Positions 23,980-37,089 of a stretch of 64,000 nucleotides of DNA are shown here, one piece after another. Each line of letters opens with the position of its first letter. Position 1 is the stretch's first letter. Both the position numbers and the translations under genes were made by a program. The notes beneath the pieces are model-generated. The model was given only the letters and a program-made list of their open reading frames with translations. It was not told the origin of the DNA and searched no databases. Origin of the DNA: Anthoceros angustus (taxonomy: Eukaryota > Plantae > Anthocerotophyta); NCBI GenBank assembly GCA_010909165.1, contig MU008185.1, positions 310,001-374,000 on the forward strand. The letters are read 5' to 3'.

Positions 23980-26855
23980 ATGTCTCTCGAGTTACCTGCC
24001 TTGGATGACATAGCCAAACCAGCTTCCCAGAATGGTGGCCCTGCAGCTCCCCGTGTAGAGTCCCCTGCAATTGGGCTTCCATTTTGGCACCCGGCACTCG
24101 CTTCGGGTGCAGCCAGAGACGCGGCGTCTCTTGAGCCGGCAAATAGAGATGGAGCTGCTCCCGCCCCTGCCCCGGCACCTCCAACTGGAGTCGGAGATGG
24201 AAGCCATGGAAATGGAGATGGAGGGGAGGGGATCTCCCTTGCAGGCAGGGACGGAGGAGATGGAGGAGCTCCGGCGACTGGAGACGGGGACGGAGCTGTG
24301 CAGGCTGCAGCGGGAGATGGAGCTGGGAGTGCGATGGAAGGGAGGGAGGGAGCAGGAGCTGCAGCAGAAGAATTGGAAGGAGGAGCAGGGGGCGCGGCGG
24401 GAAAGAAGAAGCGGAAGCGGAAGCCCCGGGAGCTCTTTATGGACATGGAGGAGAATCAGGTGAGGGGGAGAGGGATGCGGCCGGTGAGGCAGCACGCACG
24501 GCCGCAGACTTATGATGAAGCGGCTCTCGACTCCATGATCGACGAGCAGATCGGGGACATTGCAGGGCCTGGGAAGCGGAAGAAAAAGCAGGTGGATACG
24601 GCGAAGGAGAACAACATGGAGGCCATGATTGGAGCCGCCATCGGCTTCTCTCGCGAGTTTCTGAGTGACGAGGAGGTGGCAGCTAATGTGCTGCCGAGCG
24701 ATACCAGCGCACAGGAGCGGGCCAATTACATCATGGTGAGGAATCACATCCTGACTAGGTGGCGGGAGAACGTGAGTGCGTGGTTGTCGCAGGACACGGT
24801 GATGGAGACGATTCAGACCAAGTTTAGAGGGCTTGTCTCGGTTGCTTACAAATTTCTCATGCAGTATGGTTACATCAATTTCGGAGTGGCCGCGGCTATC
24901 AAAGCCAACATTCCGAAAGAACCGAACAAGGGCACGGTGGTGATTATCGGATCGGGGTTTGCTGGTCTTGCTGCTGCTAGACAGCTGCTGGCCTTCGGGC
25001 ATAGGGTGGTTATTTTGGAGGGGAGGCAACGTCCTGGTGGCCGGGTGTACACTAAGAGGATGGAGGGAGTGACCTCGGGGGGCACCGTGGTAGCTGCAGC
25101 GGATATGGGAGGAAGTGTTGTGACGGGTGTCCATGGGAATCCGCTTGCTGTGCTTGCCAGACAGCTCGGGTTTCCTCTGCATAAAATCAGGGAGCCGTGC
25201 CCCCTGTTCCAGCCCGATGGGAGTCCTGTCAGGCAGGTGTTAGATAAGAAGATGGAGAAGCACTTCAATGATATCCTAGATGAGGTAAGCTTATACAGAC
25301 AGGAGGTGGAGAATGCCGAGGAGTTGTCCTTGGGTGGGGCGCTGGACGTTCTTAGGGCTAAGTTAGGTGTAGTGGAGACGGAGGAGGAAAGGCAGCTGTT
25401 CGATTGGCATGTTGCCAATCTCGAGTATGCCAACGCTGAGCTCCTTTCTAAGCTGTCGCTGTCCCATTGGGACCAGGATGATCCATATGAAATGGGAGGA
25501 GATCATTGTTGGCTGGCAGGGGGAAACGTCAGGCTTATAGCTGCCTTGGCTGAAAACATACCCATTTTTTATGGTAGTACTGTACATTCAATCACATACT
25601 CGGATACAGGGGTACAGGTGGAAACTGGTGATCAGGTGTTTGTAGCAGATATGGCGTTATGTACAGTGCCACTTGGTGTTTTGAAGAGGGGCTGTATCAA
25701 GTTCCATCCCGAGCTGCCGCAGAGGAAGCTCGATGCCATCCGAAGATTAGGGTTTGGGCTCCTGAATAAGGTGGTGATGCTGTTTCCCCAGACCTTCTGG
25801 GGCTCAGAGCTCGATCATTTTGGACACTTGACTGATGATCGCAGCACGAACGGTGAATTTTTCATGTTTTACAGCTATGCTGCAGTTGCTGGTGGACCTC
25901 TACTTTTGGCCCTTGTGGCTGGGCAGTCTGCTATCAACTTTGAGGATATGGCTCCTGTGGAGGCTGTCACTCGAGTGTTGGAGGTTCTCAGAGGTACACT
26001 TTCATTTTCTGTTTGAGTTTTCCCCTCGGTGGACAACAATTCGCAACCTTCTGACGTATTTGGTGGCCAGGAATCTACCAACCGCTTGGCATCACAGTGC
26101 CAGACCCTCTGCAGTCTGTCTGCACTCGTTGGGGGAATGATTCCTTATGCTATGGATCTTACTCCAACGTAGCTGTTGGGTCTTCAGGAGAGGATTACGA
26201 TATCTTGGCCGAGAGTGTTGGAGATGGAAGACTCTTCTTCGCCGGTGAAGCCACAAATCGTCGCTATCCTGCCACAATGCATGGGGCTTTCTTGAGTGGA
26301 CTGCGAGAGGCGGGCAATATCGCAGTCCGAGCTGCAGCGCGGCTGGCTAGCACTACCAAGTTGAGTCGAGGTATACAGAAGGATCCCACTGCGTGTGCTA
26401 ACTTTATGGAAGATATCTTTAGTGAACCGGATCTCAAATTTGGGTGCTTTGAAGTTATCTTTGATCCCCGAACTCCGGACCCTATGTCCTCTGTGCTACT
26501 GAGGGTGGTCTTGGTGGACTCCACTAGAAGACCCAGTGGATTCATAGGTGAAGGCCAGAATGGAGAACCATTGAAAGAACCTTTAAAGTTGTATTCTGTT
26601 ATCAGCCGGATTCAAGCTTTGCAGTTGATGGGAGTGGGGGGAGGAGACGAAATGAGATTGCGTTTTTTAATTGAGAGTCTTAGAGCCAGGCTTGTAGGGC
26701 GAAGGGGGCTTGGTGCCCATGGAGACGCCCTCGCCCATGCCGCAAAGTGGGCCCGAACAGGAGCCAGGCGAGATTCTGCCAGACCTGTCAAGTCCGGCTC
26801 AGCTGGGAACAGGCAAGCACCTTCACCTCATGGTGGAAGACTCCCCCCAAGTTGA
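23980..26855 (+). CDS. FLD: LSD1-like histone H3K4 demethylase (FLD/LDL clade; SWIRM + amine oxidase), intron 25994-26070
   Basis: [20 protein letters not shown]...GYINFG; FAD motif [15 protein letters not shown]; GGRVYT; [27 protein letters not shown]; C-terminal GGDEMRL...[11 protein letters not shown] versus LDL1/2 assignment is tentative. Confidence 0.9.
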
Positions 26856-27488
26856 TCTAGTGAGTGTAGTTATCCTTTTTGCCACCTGATTGCCTTCACA
26901 AAACCCCATGTTCAGTATGACTTCTCAAGATCATTTGTACACTACGAAGCAATGTGGCATATTGCCATGAAGCTTTCTGCCTAGCGGGAAGCAATGAGGT
27001 GGACCACAATACTAAAGGTTCAATACCAAGGTCACTTTCCTAGGAAGTAAATTCATTGCTGCAAGATTTGCGGAAACATTACTCGAGCCTCGAGCATCTG
27101 TTGCTACTAGCCCAAGCCGCTCCCTCCAGGTCTCACCGAAACATACAACATGGTGCAGACAAAATTTCGTACTTTGCTGCTGGCTGTCCTACCTTTTTCC
27201 GGGGTTGAAGTATAATACATTAGTCTATTGGGGAAGATAACATTCAACGGGAGTACTCAGAAATCAACGGGGATACTCAGAACTCAATTATTAATATTAA
27301 TAAAAATGTCCAACTTTCAAAGGGAAGCCTTGTAAGCTTGTCATTATTTAAGGATGTAGCTACTTAAGCTGTAGTCTTTCTACATTCTCGCTTATAGATA
27401 TTTTTTACACTCCTCTAGTTTACTAGTTTATTGTTTGCAGTTTTAATAGCAGATTATTTCCTGCATGTCTTTTGTTTACAACGATACT

Positions 27489-27585
27489 AAATGAGTCTTG
27501 TGTAATGTTTGTTGTTGTCCACAATGACATGAAATGAATCCTGTGTAGCATTTTGTGACATGAAATGAGTCTTGTGTAATATTTT
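27489..27585. repeat. Three imperfect copies of (TGACATGA)AATGAGTCTTGTGTAAT
   Basis: Direct repeats in AT-rich intergenic DNA. Confidence 0.7.
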
Positions 27586-28713
27586 GTTCATTCGAGGACT
27601 TTGTGACAACATCTTAATTGTTTTGACAATGTATTACCTGTCCTTATTAAGTATTAGCTACTTGGTATTTGCATTGAGTTTATGGTTGTATGAACAAGAA
27701 TTCAGACATTCGTAAGATTATTGTATGATTTTACTATTCAGGATATTTATACTTAACGATAATTGATACTCCCGATTATGATTGTATGTAAAAGCTCAAC
27801 TCATAGGATAAATGTCTATATGGTTCGTAAGATTTTGGAAAACAACCTCAATTCATGTAATACCTATTCTAAAATATCTCTGCGATTAAGATATTTCAAA
27901 AAAATAAAATCTAATTTCCTCTTCCTTTTATTTATATATATATACACTAGATATTTTATCCATTTAATTTATTAAACTATTTTAATGTTATTTTTCTTTA
28001 CTAACAACACACATTTTTTGCTACATGTTATCTCAAACATCTAATTTTCACTTAACCATTTAGCCTCTCAAATTCTTCGACGGTGTCCGTCTTTATAAAA
28101 TACACAGTTATTTTTGCAAACGTGGCTTGGCTTTCGAATTTGGCTTGTCCAGTTTGCTGTAGGGACACTAAGTTCTGCAAAATGCCATCTATCACGGGAT
28201 GTTGAAGATATCAACATGGAATATCAAACTTCGAAGCTTTCGCTTTGTAAATCGGGAGGTTATCATCGGCAGGGCCTCCGTGGTGCAACCCTGATTTCAC
28301 CACTTAGTGGGGACCACGACACGCGCTCCTGAATTTCTGGGACAACTCGGCTTAGTAATTAGGTCCAGACCCAGCCTCTGTAATGTACAGTTCCAAATGT
28401 CCAGTAAAAGTTCGATTGCTATAATTTCCTATCGGTTTGAGAGCTTGGTCTACTCAGTGCTCGGAGATCCATGAGTAATGACCATGGTCAATGGGCAAGA
28501 CAACTCTTAGTATCAGACTGCAGCTGCGTACGCTGCAAAGCATCCTGGTATACAGGTAGGTGTTCACAGCGCATCGCAACCTTCATGCGTGGAGTCCTCC
28601 TAGTAGGATGAGCCTAGGCGAGAAGGCAATGATATGTACAAATAGCAGCTGACTTACCCCAAGACTGGGACTTCAACTGTACAGGCAGCTCCAAAGATTG
28701 ATTTGAGCAAACA

Positions 28714-29607
28714 TTATCTCCAGAACGTCGCCAGACGAGCCATCTTGGAAGTGAACGACAAGTCGGAAGTTGGAGGACTGGAGCTGTACTCGGACCAGTC
28801 TGAATGAAACTCGTCTCTCCAAAACTTCAAAACAAGCAGCTTCTCTTCTTCAGTATTCCTCTGGATGACGATGCGTGAAGCAAAGCCCCTCTTGCTCATG
28901 ATCCGGCAGATATCACACGGGTTGTTCTGCGCAAGCGTCACCAAGTACATGCATCCTTTACTCGTCAGAAGCTCGTCAGCAAGAGCTAGCATGCGGTCGA
29001 TGACTACTCGGCCCCTGCTGCCCCCGGCCCAGGAAGCCGTCAGGCCTGGAGCTCCGACTTCCTCCTCTGGCGTCGGCACGTAAGGCGGGTTGCACACAAG
29101 CAGATCCACGGAACCGGCTAACCGATCCTCCAACCCCGCCACCAGGTTTGTCACAAACACCTCCGCCTTCACATCATGCGCTTCCAAAGTTTTTCTTGTC
29201 ACCCCGGCAGCTGCCTCGCTGATGTCCGTGGCGATGTACTGCGCGGGATGCTCGCTGCCGATGAGCAGAGCTAGCGAAGTGATCACATACCCGCTCCCGC
29301 ACCCAACCTCTACGCATACATCAGGCTTGTCCCGAAGGATGTTGGTCTTATCGGCCAGCAGAGCATCCACAAGGGCAAACGTATCATCACAAGGTTCATA
29401 CACATCCGGGTGTCTGGCAACCAGTCTGATGTTGGCACTTCTTCTTGGTGCTGCGCCTGCTTCCTGCACAGCACGGGATGAGAAATCCGCTTGCCCTCCA
29501 ACATGCCCCTTGCACTCACAGGTCCTGACAAACCTAGAGGGGCCACGAACCTTTTTCACACTCTTCACAGGGTCTTCGACTGTGTCCACTTGCACCACAC
29601 AGTCCAT
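28714..29607 (-). CDS. N6AMT1: N6AMT1/HEMK2/Mtq2 eRF1 glutamine methyltransferase, intronless
   Basis: VYEPCDDTFALVDAL, VEVGCGSGYV, NPPYVPT, WAGGSRGRVVIDR; the only in-frame ATG upstream of the domain is at 29607. Confidence 0.92.
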   Translation of the reverse strand: MDCVVQVDTVEDPVKSVKKVRGPSRFVRTCECKGHVGGQADFSSRAVQEAGAAPRRSANIRLVARHPDVYEPCDDTFALVDALLADKTNILRDKPDVCVEVGCGSGYVITSLALLIGSEHPAQYIATDISEAAAGVTRKTLEAHDVKAEVFVTNLVAGLEDRLAGSVDLLVCNPPYVPTPEEEVGAPGLTASWAGGSRGRVVIDRMLALADELLTSKGCMYLVTLAQNNPCDICRIMSKRGFASRIVIQRNTEEEKLLVLKFWRDEFHSDWSEYSSSPPTSDLSFTSKMARLATFWR

Positions 29608-30042
29608 GCCTATCCTGGTCCCAGCCGAGCTCCAACCTAACAACAAACCGAAGCCACGCGGCCGATTCAGAGACTGGGTAAATACGAGGCTTGAGGAAGG
29701 AGACGCGCCATGTGCCACTTGAGCGTTGAGAGGGCCAGGAAGTATGGCAATACTTGAAACTGCTAGGTTTTACATCCAACATGAAGCAATGCAAGGTCGG
29801 GAGCCCGGTCCATGGTCACACTTCTTTAAACGATTTCACCCTAAACCCTATGATTTATCTTAACCCCAAAGTGACCACGGGACTCAAATCGAGTCTTTCC
29901 ACGGTTTCAGGCCACAAATGAAAATGAAAACAGCGGCATCAATTCACGCGAGCCCTGATGTGTTCATGAAGGGATTGGCTCTCCTATTCCCCCTAGAATC
30001 GGATTACTTATTAAGTTCAGAATTGGCAGGCGGGCTTCCAAG

Positions 30043-30475
30043 CAGGGTGTCATTTTGACCGACTACTAGCTCAGTCCCCGGGACCGCCTAGCCTGGCTAC
30101 GCTCGGTCCCGGACCGAGCAGGGACCGTGCCTTTTTGCGACCCTTGGTCATTAAATATAAAAAATATTAAATAAATAATTTATAAATAATAATATAAAAG
30201 ACTGCAGACTGGGGAGTCCGCAGACTGCAGCCCAACCGGCAGACTGTAAACTGCGTCCATGATAAGATGTCCATGTGTCCATAATAAATATAAATCCTTG
30301 GATATAAAATTAAGTAATTTATTAATTTTAAACCGAACCTTTTATGAACCGAGGGGGTAGGGTAATAGGGGACCGAGGGTGAGGACTGGACTCTTGAAGA
30401 ACCTCCGGTCCCATGTTTTTTTTAACACATGCCGGGACCGGGACCGAGCTTGGGACGGGGTCAAAATGACACTTG
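30043..30475. mobile_element. hAT-like MITE / non-autonomous DNA transposon (~430 bp)
   Basis: Inverted termini CAGGGTGTCATTTTGACC / GGTCAAAATGACACTTG (14-bp perfect core); many subterminal GGACCG/CGGTCC motifs; AT-rich centre. Confidence 0.7.
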
Positions 30476-32649
30476 GAAGTTCCAAGCTCATAGCCTGCCT
30501 CGCTGCGAACCGGTGCTGCCGTTCCGACCGGGCTGCAAAAGTTGGCCCGTGATTTTTTGAGCTCCCAAGGTAGTTTCTCCAAATTTTCAAGGAGGTATTA
30601 GAAAAAAATTGCTATGTACTAGTCTCTATTTCCCAAGGTCCTGATAGCACGCTATGGAGGATAGTCTCCACAAGTAACTTGGTTGTAGTAGGCTCATCAT
30701 CAAATGACAGACACAGAGGATTGTAGAAAAACTTCATGCTCCGATGACATTGCAAAATAACTTCATGCTCTCATGACGTTGGTCCATCATGTGTAGAAAG
30801 GAGTCTGGATCATGCTTGATCCAGCCCGCAACAACAACACAATAATTTAGGCCTGGACAGATAGCACGACCTAAATTACAAGACTTTTTTTTATATAAGT
30901 CTAGGTACCCAAAGACATGACATGATGAAACAAGCTGCATTAGAGACTGCTGGCCAAGGAGGAAGACATACCTACCTAGCTTGTTCCACGGGGGATACTC
31001 CACCTCCTTGCCCTTGCCGTCTACAGCAACTGCTCCTCCGTCGTCCCCGGGTGTCACCCCTCTCCCCAGCCCGTTTCCTTTATGCTGTCGTTTCTAGAGT
31101 TGGGTATCTTCACTCTCCGTTTCACTTTCTGCGCATGTCATCTTGTAGTCGGCCTTAGCCTTCTATGTTGCCTCAACCTTCGCTACTCCTTTGGCTTTGC
31201 CCTTGTCCCTTCCTCTACCCTTCCCGAGTGTTGTTCCCCTCCTAGTCTCATCTTCCACAACTTTCAGGCACACGCTGAAACTCTCGTCCCGCGCCTCCCT
31301 CGTCCTCTAGTAGCTTTGCTACGAGTTGTTGCTGGTGGACTATTTGATTCCCCATCTCACAGCCTCTGCTCTTCTTTAGCCAAGTCATCCATTGTAGATG
31401 CTTGGGCTTTGGATTGCTTAACTCTTCTCTACGTCTCTTTCAGATCTGATGGCTTCTCACCCAGCAGCTCTCTAGCCAGTTGCAAGTTTCTGCTAGTCAC
31501 AAGCGGTAGTGTGTCCTCTACCACCGCATCGTGAGCCTCACAAGCGGTAGTGTGTCCTCTGCTTTATCGCATCGTGATCAGCCTCCTGGCCGGAGGCCGC
31601 CAATGCATGATCTAGTCCCGAGTCCGATTCTACATGGAACTCCAACCTTTTTGCCACAAGCTTTGGCATCTGGAGGAACAAATGTGTGCTACTTTAGAGC
31701 CCTCATGCTGGGAGCTGCAAACCCTGAGGCACAACAATGCAAACAAACTGCTACGCCCCAGCACTGTTACGGAATACAGCCACGCTTCCACCACCCAAAG
31801 GCCGGCTAGGCGGTTCGGACTATTGTTGCCACCCAGGCTTCCCGTTCTTAGCCCGCACTTGCCATTCTCCTCGCCTTGAGCCCATAGCCGTTGTCGCCGC
31901 AATCCAGCCCAATCTGGCCACTGCCTCCAAAATCTGTAGTTGGTGCTAGCAAATCTCCGTGATTATGTATACCTTGTAGGTGCATGAACGAGAGCAGACT
32001 TGGAGAACTCGGTCAAGCAAGTGTATACGGATCCGGCCGGATTCGTGGTTCCCAAAGGTGGGTGATGAAGGTGGGCGGGGGAAGCAGGTTGTGGGTGATG
32101 AGGCATTTTTATATTGTATGAACCCTTGCTGGATTTTTTGCAGCTCAAATCTGCTGCTTCTTCATGGGAAACCGGCAGGCAGCATCTTACAATAGTGGGT
32201 GATTTGAACCTTTTGTTGCAAGCAAGATGACGTGAGACGATATCGAGGGTTTGTATTAAGGTAATCAGGTTCGGGGACCATGGCGCCAAAATTCCCATGT
32301 TGGAGGCCGAGGCTGCGCTAGGGACTCTAGAGGAGGCTGGGTTGCAGCGTCCCTTGATGGTGCAGGTGGGGCTTCAACCCTAAACTATGGGTCAGGGGTT
32401 GTGTCAGTCCTGCAACGGTATGGTGGAGAAGGGAGCTTCACAGAAGCTTCACGGGGACGATGTTCGGTAAACCGATTCCTGGCAATTGACTACGCACCTT
32501 CAAATTTAGAGGTTTCCTCTCCTATGAAGGGTTGAACACCGTTTTTAGCCATAGTTAGCTTAGCTCTTTAGGTGTGATGGGCGGCTTGCAGTTTTTGTTC
32601 ATTGAGAGGCATTCGGTTTTTGTGCCACAGGTCAGTGGGAGATATACGT

Positions 32650-32921
32650 GAGTTGCCCTCACTCCCTTGCTATTTGGGAGGCATTCGGCTTTTGTGTAGG
32701 AGGAGACGCTTGTTCATTGCAAGCTGACTAAGCTGGATTGAGTATTCCTTCACCAAAAGTTTTCAAGCATACCACAGGTCAATGTCTTCATATGCATTAG
32801 ATGGAGAGCTGGAGTATTATTTGCCTAGCCGCCAATGAGGATCCTGGATGCACCCGAGTTGCCCTCACTCTCTTGCTGTTTAGGAGGCATTCGGCTTTTG
32901 TGCAGGAGGAGACGCTTGTTC
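32650..32921. repeat. ~66 bp direct repeat (32650-32715 and 32856-32921)
   Basis: GAGTTGCCCTCACTC...GGAGGCATTCGGCTTTTGTG...GGAGGAGACGCTTGTTC occurs twice. Confidence 0.85.
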
Positions 32922-33600
32922 CTTGAAAGTTGATAAACCGACAGCGGTGCTTGAGCCTTCTAGAAGGCTCAGAGACTGTTGCCGATGACTGATTGCAGCC
33001 GGTGGGCGTCCTGTCACGTGAGAATATGGCAGGCTAGAGCAGCGAATGGAATGCGAGGTGGAGCTGCCATGGCAGAACTAGTAGGGTGTGGCGTGCACAT
33101 GGCAGAGGGGATGTAGGCGCTAGCCGTTTGCATCTTTGCTCATGGCTATGAGAAACGGCCATCACTTTTCCAAGATGATGAGCCATTCCCCACGAAGTTT
33201 TGCTGTCGTCTTTGATCAGTTGCACCTTGGTGGGGATTTCTTCTAACCGTCAAAGGAAGGGTATTTCAGGGTATCAATGAACACCCCATCCTTCGAAAAT
33301 CCAATATGAACTGGGTCAATCTATTTAGAGTCATTGTTCCTCGTGAAAAGAAGCGCATTGCTTCTACCCTCGTTTCTGTAGGTCTCCACTCCGCGGATGC
33401 TCACACAACATAGGTCGTTTGAAAGAGCTTTTAAAGATGCATTTGCCCCTATTTTCTTAGAATTCTTTGGTGTGTGTGGCGAACAAAGGATTCGGAAACG
33501 GGATTCTACCGAATTCACGAGCTGAAAATCGTGGAGGTGCTGTGGTCATCCTGGGCTTAAATGAGCCCAATCTCGAGAATTGCATTCCCCCAGACTCCAC

Positions 33601-33835
33601 TCCAACTTTCTCCTTTGAAATATGCTTGTCCGCCTTTTTCACCGATAAGTACAAAGGTATATCGTTCACTCTCAAGCAAGCCCGACCCCAAGCACTATAT
33701 TCGCCCAAACTCCAAATTTCCTCTTTGAAATATGCTTGTCCCGAGCACTGCATTCGCCTGGGCTCCAACTTTCCACTTTGAAATTTGCTTGTCCGCCTTT
33801 TTCACCGATAGGTGCATATATCGTCCACTCTCAAG
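33601..33835. repeat. Three imperfect direct repeats TCCAA(C/A)TTTC...TTTGAAAT(A/T)TGCTTGTCC
   Basis: Copies at ~33601, 33711 and 33764. Confidence 0.8.
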
Positions 33836-35146
33836 GTGTAGCCAAATATAAAGGTTTCACTTTTATAGTTGCTTTATTGAATTACATTACATCCGTAATA
33901 TATTGGTAGTTTTTAATAATTTTAATAATCTATTAAATAACATAAAATTAATAATATATTTTATCAATGAACTAAGAGCTAGAAGAAAGGCAGAAAGTCA
34001 AGTAAGATAGTGTCTTATATTGGGCCACACAAATTGGGGGAATTTCTCATTGAAGCAAACAGGGTAACGCTTGAGAATATGGGCAATAACAAGCCAACAC
34101 CTGACAACCCACATAAGCAAGCTGATAGTGATAGCACCCGAACCTAATTGCAAAACCAAGCCGAGAAATAAGACCAATAAATTTAGACATGAAATCCCAC
34201 GCGTGTAGGTAGTAGCAATATCATAGAAAATAATATATTGAAGTTGCTTGATAATTCATTATCCCTAACAAGGATAAAGAAACCTTTGTAAATTGTGGTC
34301 GTATCTAGAAAGGGTGCGCGGGGCGCCGTCGAGAGACTTCTTGAGCACGAGAGTTGTTTAGTGCGAGACAGTTCGTAATAAAATTGACTCAACAAGATGC
34401 AAGCGGAGGAGGCAAAAACTGGAATATAAGTTGGAACTCTGATGATGGAAGATAATCGTAAATTAAATATTATATTTATGAAAAATGAGATATATCCATG
34501 AATAACACAGTGTGAAGGAGCTCGCTCGTTAGAGACAATATGGGGGATAAGACCCTGAAAGTATGAAAGAGGTGTGTGATTGGCAGGAAACATGCTCAAT
34601 TGTCAGCAGTTTTGATGTCACCAGTGTCACAACAGCTAGCGGAAATGATACTTCATTTCCAGTACATAAACCCGTTAATGCTCTTTCATGACTGAAATCC
34701 GATAACACACATTTTCGTTCTTAAAGTGCCCCTAATGGAAATTTTCCGATCATGCACAAAGGTGGGCTACTTGCCTTGCACGGAGCGTTGGAATCAGGTC
34801 ATCAGCTGCGAGACAATTCGCTACTCGTCCCCTGGGCATTGTCAAGTTTGGGCATCGCAGACTCGATTTGCCTAGTGCGTGGATGTGGTCCTTCGTAGTC
34901 TTGACCGCAGCAAGTGACGGATGCAAGCCATGGATGACTGAAGTTTGCCAGAGCACAGCGTGGTTTCGGGTCCATCTCGTCACGAGGGTGTCAGGATCTG
35001 ATGTCTTGATATCGCATATGTTCGTGGCACACTGCGGTCGATTTAAAGGTCTGGAGCTCCAGTAGAACGGCCGTCATCTGATGTGAAACTATCTCGGATA
35101 CATTATTCTGCGAGAAAAGTACATGCAGACACCAAATGCTTTCGTA

Positions 35147-36562
35147 TCATTCCCACCTGCGCCTGTCTTCCTCTTCATCAACCGAATGATACCAGGCAGG
35201 CCTATTCTTGAAGTTGCTGTATCTGTAGTTGAGCAAGAGCTCCTCGTCACAAACATCCCTGGTGGCCACGAGCACAAGTGTGCAGAGTTGTTTGTGTTTT
35301 TTCTCTGCTAATGCCTCCCTGCTTCTTCTAACCCACAGGAGGCCGCTCTGTTGCATCGGAATATCACTGTCCACGGCACAGGTGACGTTGGGGATGTAAG
35401 GCCTGAGCTTGATCCCCTCACCATCTAGGCAGAGGTTGTACGGACAGATCATGACATTTGGTTGTCCCCCTTTGGGAGGATGGTTTGCGAAATGCGCCAG
35501 GGCCAGAGGATTTCTCCTCTCTAAGACTGCTCCTTGAATCAGCCCCTCACCCTTCTTTCCACCACCCACCATTTGCCACAGCTTGTCCGAGGCCGACTTG
35601 GCCTCCCCTTGCCTGCTCTCCTCCTGCGGCTGCTCGATTCCTATACTCTTGAGGATGTGCTCCTGCACCTCTCTATCCCTCTCGGACATGCCATCCCAGA
35701 ATTCTCTCGTGTCCCCTCCTCTGCCCCAAGGATTGCCATCAATTACCAGCCCATCAAACCTTGAAACCAAGTACGGGTTGCCCAGCTCCACCCTCGGGTA
35801 ACCTGGAAGGTATCTATACTGTGCTGGTGCGTAGATCACCCCAGGATACATGGACACAACCGACCCCGCTCCAGCCTTTCCGGACACATACAGCCCATCA
35901 CCTGCTTCTCTGTGTGCGATTCTAGAAGGGTTGAGCTCCAGAGTGAATCCCATCTTCTCCTTGAACGCCTCCGAAACCTGGGCCCGGTTCAGAGGCAGCG
36001 TGGCAATCCTGCCACAAGCACCGTATCAACTGCAGTGCAATACCTGGCAGCCATGAAGACGACCGACTGTAAACAAGTGAGTCGCTTACTGAGCAGGTTC
36101 AGTCTCGCTCTTGGCTAGCTGCCATCCTCCGACAGCGAAGCTCAATCCGCTGGGCCGATTTTTCTTGGCCGTCTCTCGATCCTTTGCCTTTGATCTCTCC
36201 GACGGGTCCAGCAAGATGTTGTCCAATGCGCTGCAGATGACCCGCACTTGCTCACCGACGTTACCCTGTACTTCTTGCCTCCACTCTTCAAAAGCAGTCC
36301 TGCCTGCACGACCTTCCATGTCTGCTACCTGCTCATCTGTGGGAGAATCCAACTTCTTGTAGCTGGTGAGAAGGAAGAGACGGTGAGTATCAATTTCATG
36401 CTGAAACTGGCGCTTGTCCACGCCTTGAAGTGATGTCGACAGTCTCCCCCAGATCTGCAGATTCTCACAACACGATGCAAGCTGAGTCTATGATTTGCAG
36501 CTTATCTGTTGAGAGCAATGGCCATTGTTATGGTCGGTTGAGAATGTTACCTTGCGCAACAT
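35147..36562 (-). CDS. SETD9/C5orf35-like divergent SET-domain protein, multi-exon
   Basis: GDGLYVSG, YPGVIY, NPLALAHFANHPP, LVLVATRDVCDEELLLNYR, EEDRRRW; short first exon MLRK (36551-36562) predicted from splice signals. Confidence 0.85.
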
Positions 36563-36639
36563 CTTAGCCTTCACACTTCCAGCATTTGATCAAGCCATGG
36601 ATCTTTCTCCTCCTATCTGTGCATGGAAATCCTAACAGA

Positions 36640-36653
36640 AGGGTTTAGGGTTT
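36640..36653. promoter_or_regulatory. Telo-box in the short divergent promoter between SETD9-like and PPR genes
   Basis: AGGGTTTAGGGTTT; a similar CCCTAAACCCTA lies upstream of N6AMT1 at 29839-29850. Confidence 0.5.
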
Positions 36654-37089
36654 ATGGGACTATCAGCCCTAGCCAAGGTAGCCCAGATGGATTCGTGGGT
36701 CACCACCGGGCAGCAAATTTGCCTTCCTGTACTGTAGTACTGGCCTGTTTCAAGGAAGGGAAGAAGATGTAGCAAAAGGCCCGAGAGCCTGTTCCCTTTC
36801 ACGAAGGGAGATGTGAGTGTTTAGACTAGCATGGGTTGAGTGGGAAGGGGATAACTTTGGTTGGGGAGTGTTGCATTTCGTATGCCTCGTCCTGATAGGC
36901 TTGCCATGAGGAGACCGATTCATTGCTTGAGCAAAGGCTGGAAGTGTAGGGATAAGTGAAAATCGGCCCAAGCCAAGGCAACCCAGATTGATTCCGGGGT
37001 CAGTGTGCAGTAAATCTGCAATTCTGTGCTGCCTGGTGAAGGGATAGCACAAGGCCTTTCAATTGGAGTTCTGACTTGATGAAACTGAT

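Noticed and set aside
23811-25182. 211-aa and 396-aa minus-strand ORFs
   Set aside because: Antisense shadows of the FLD/LDL exon.
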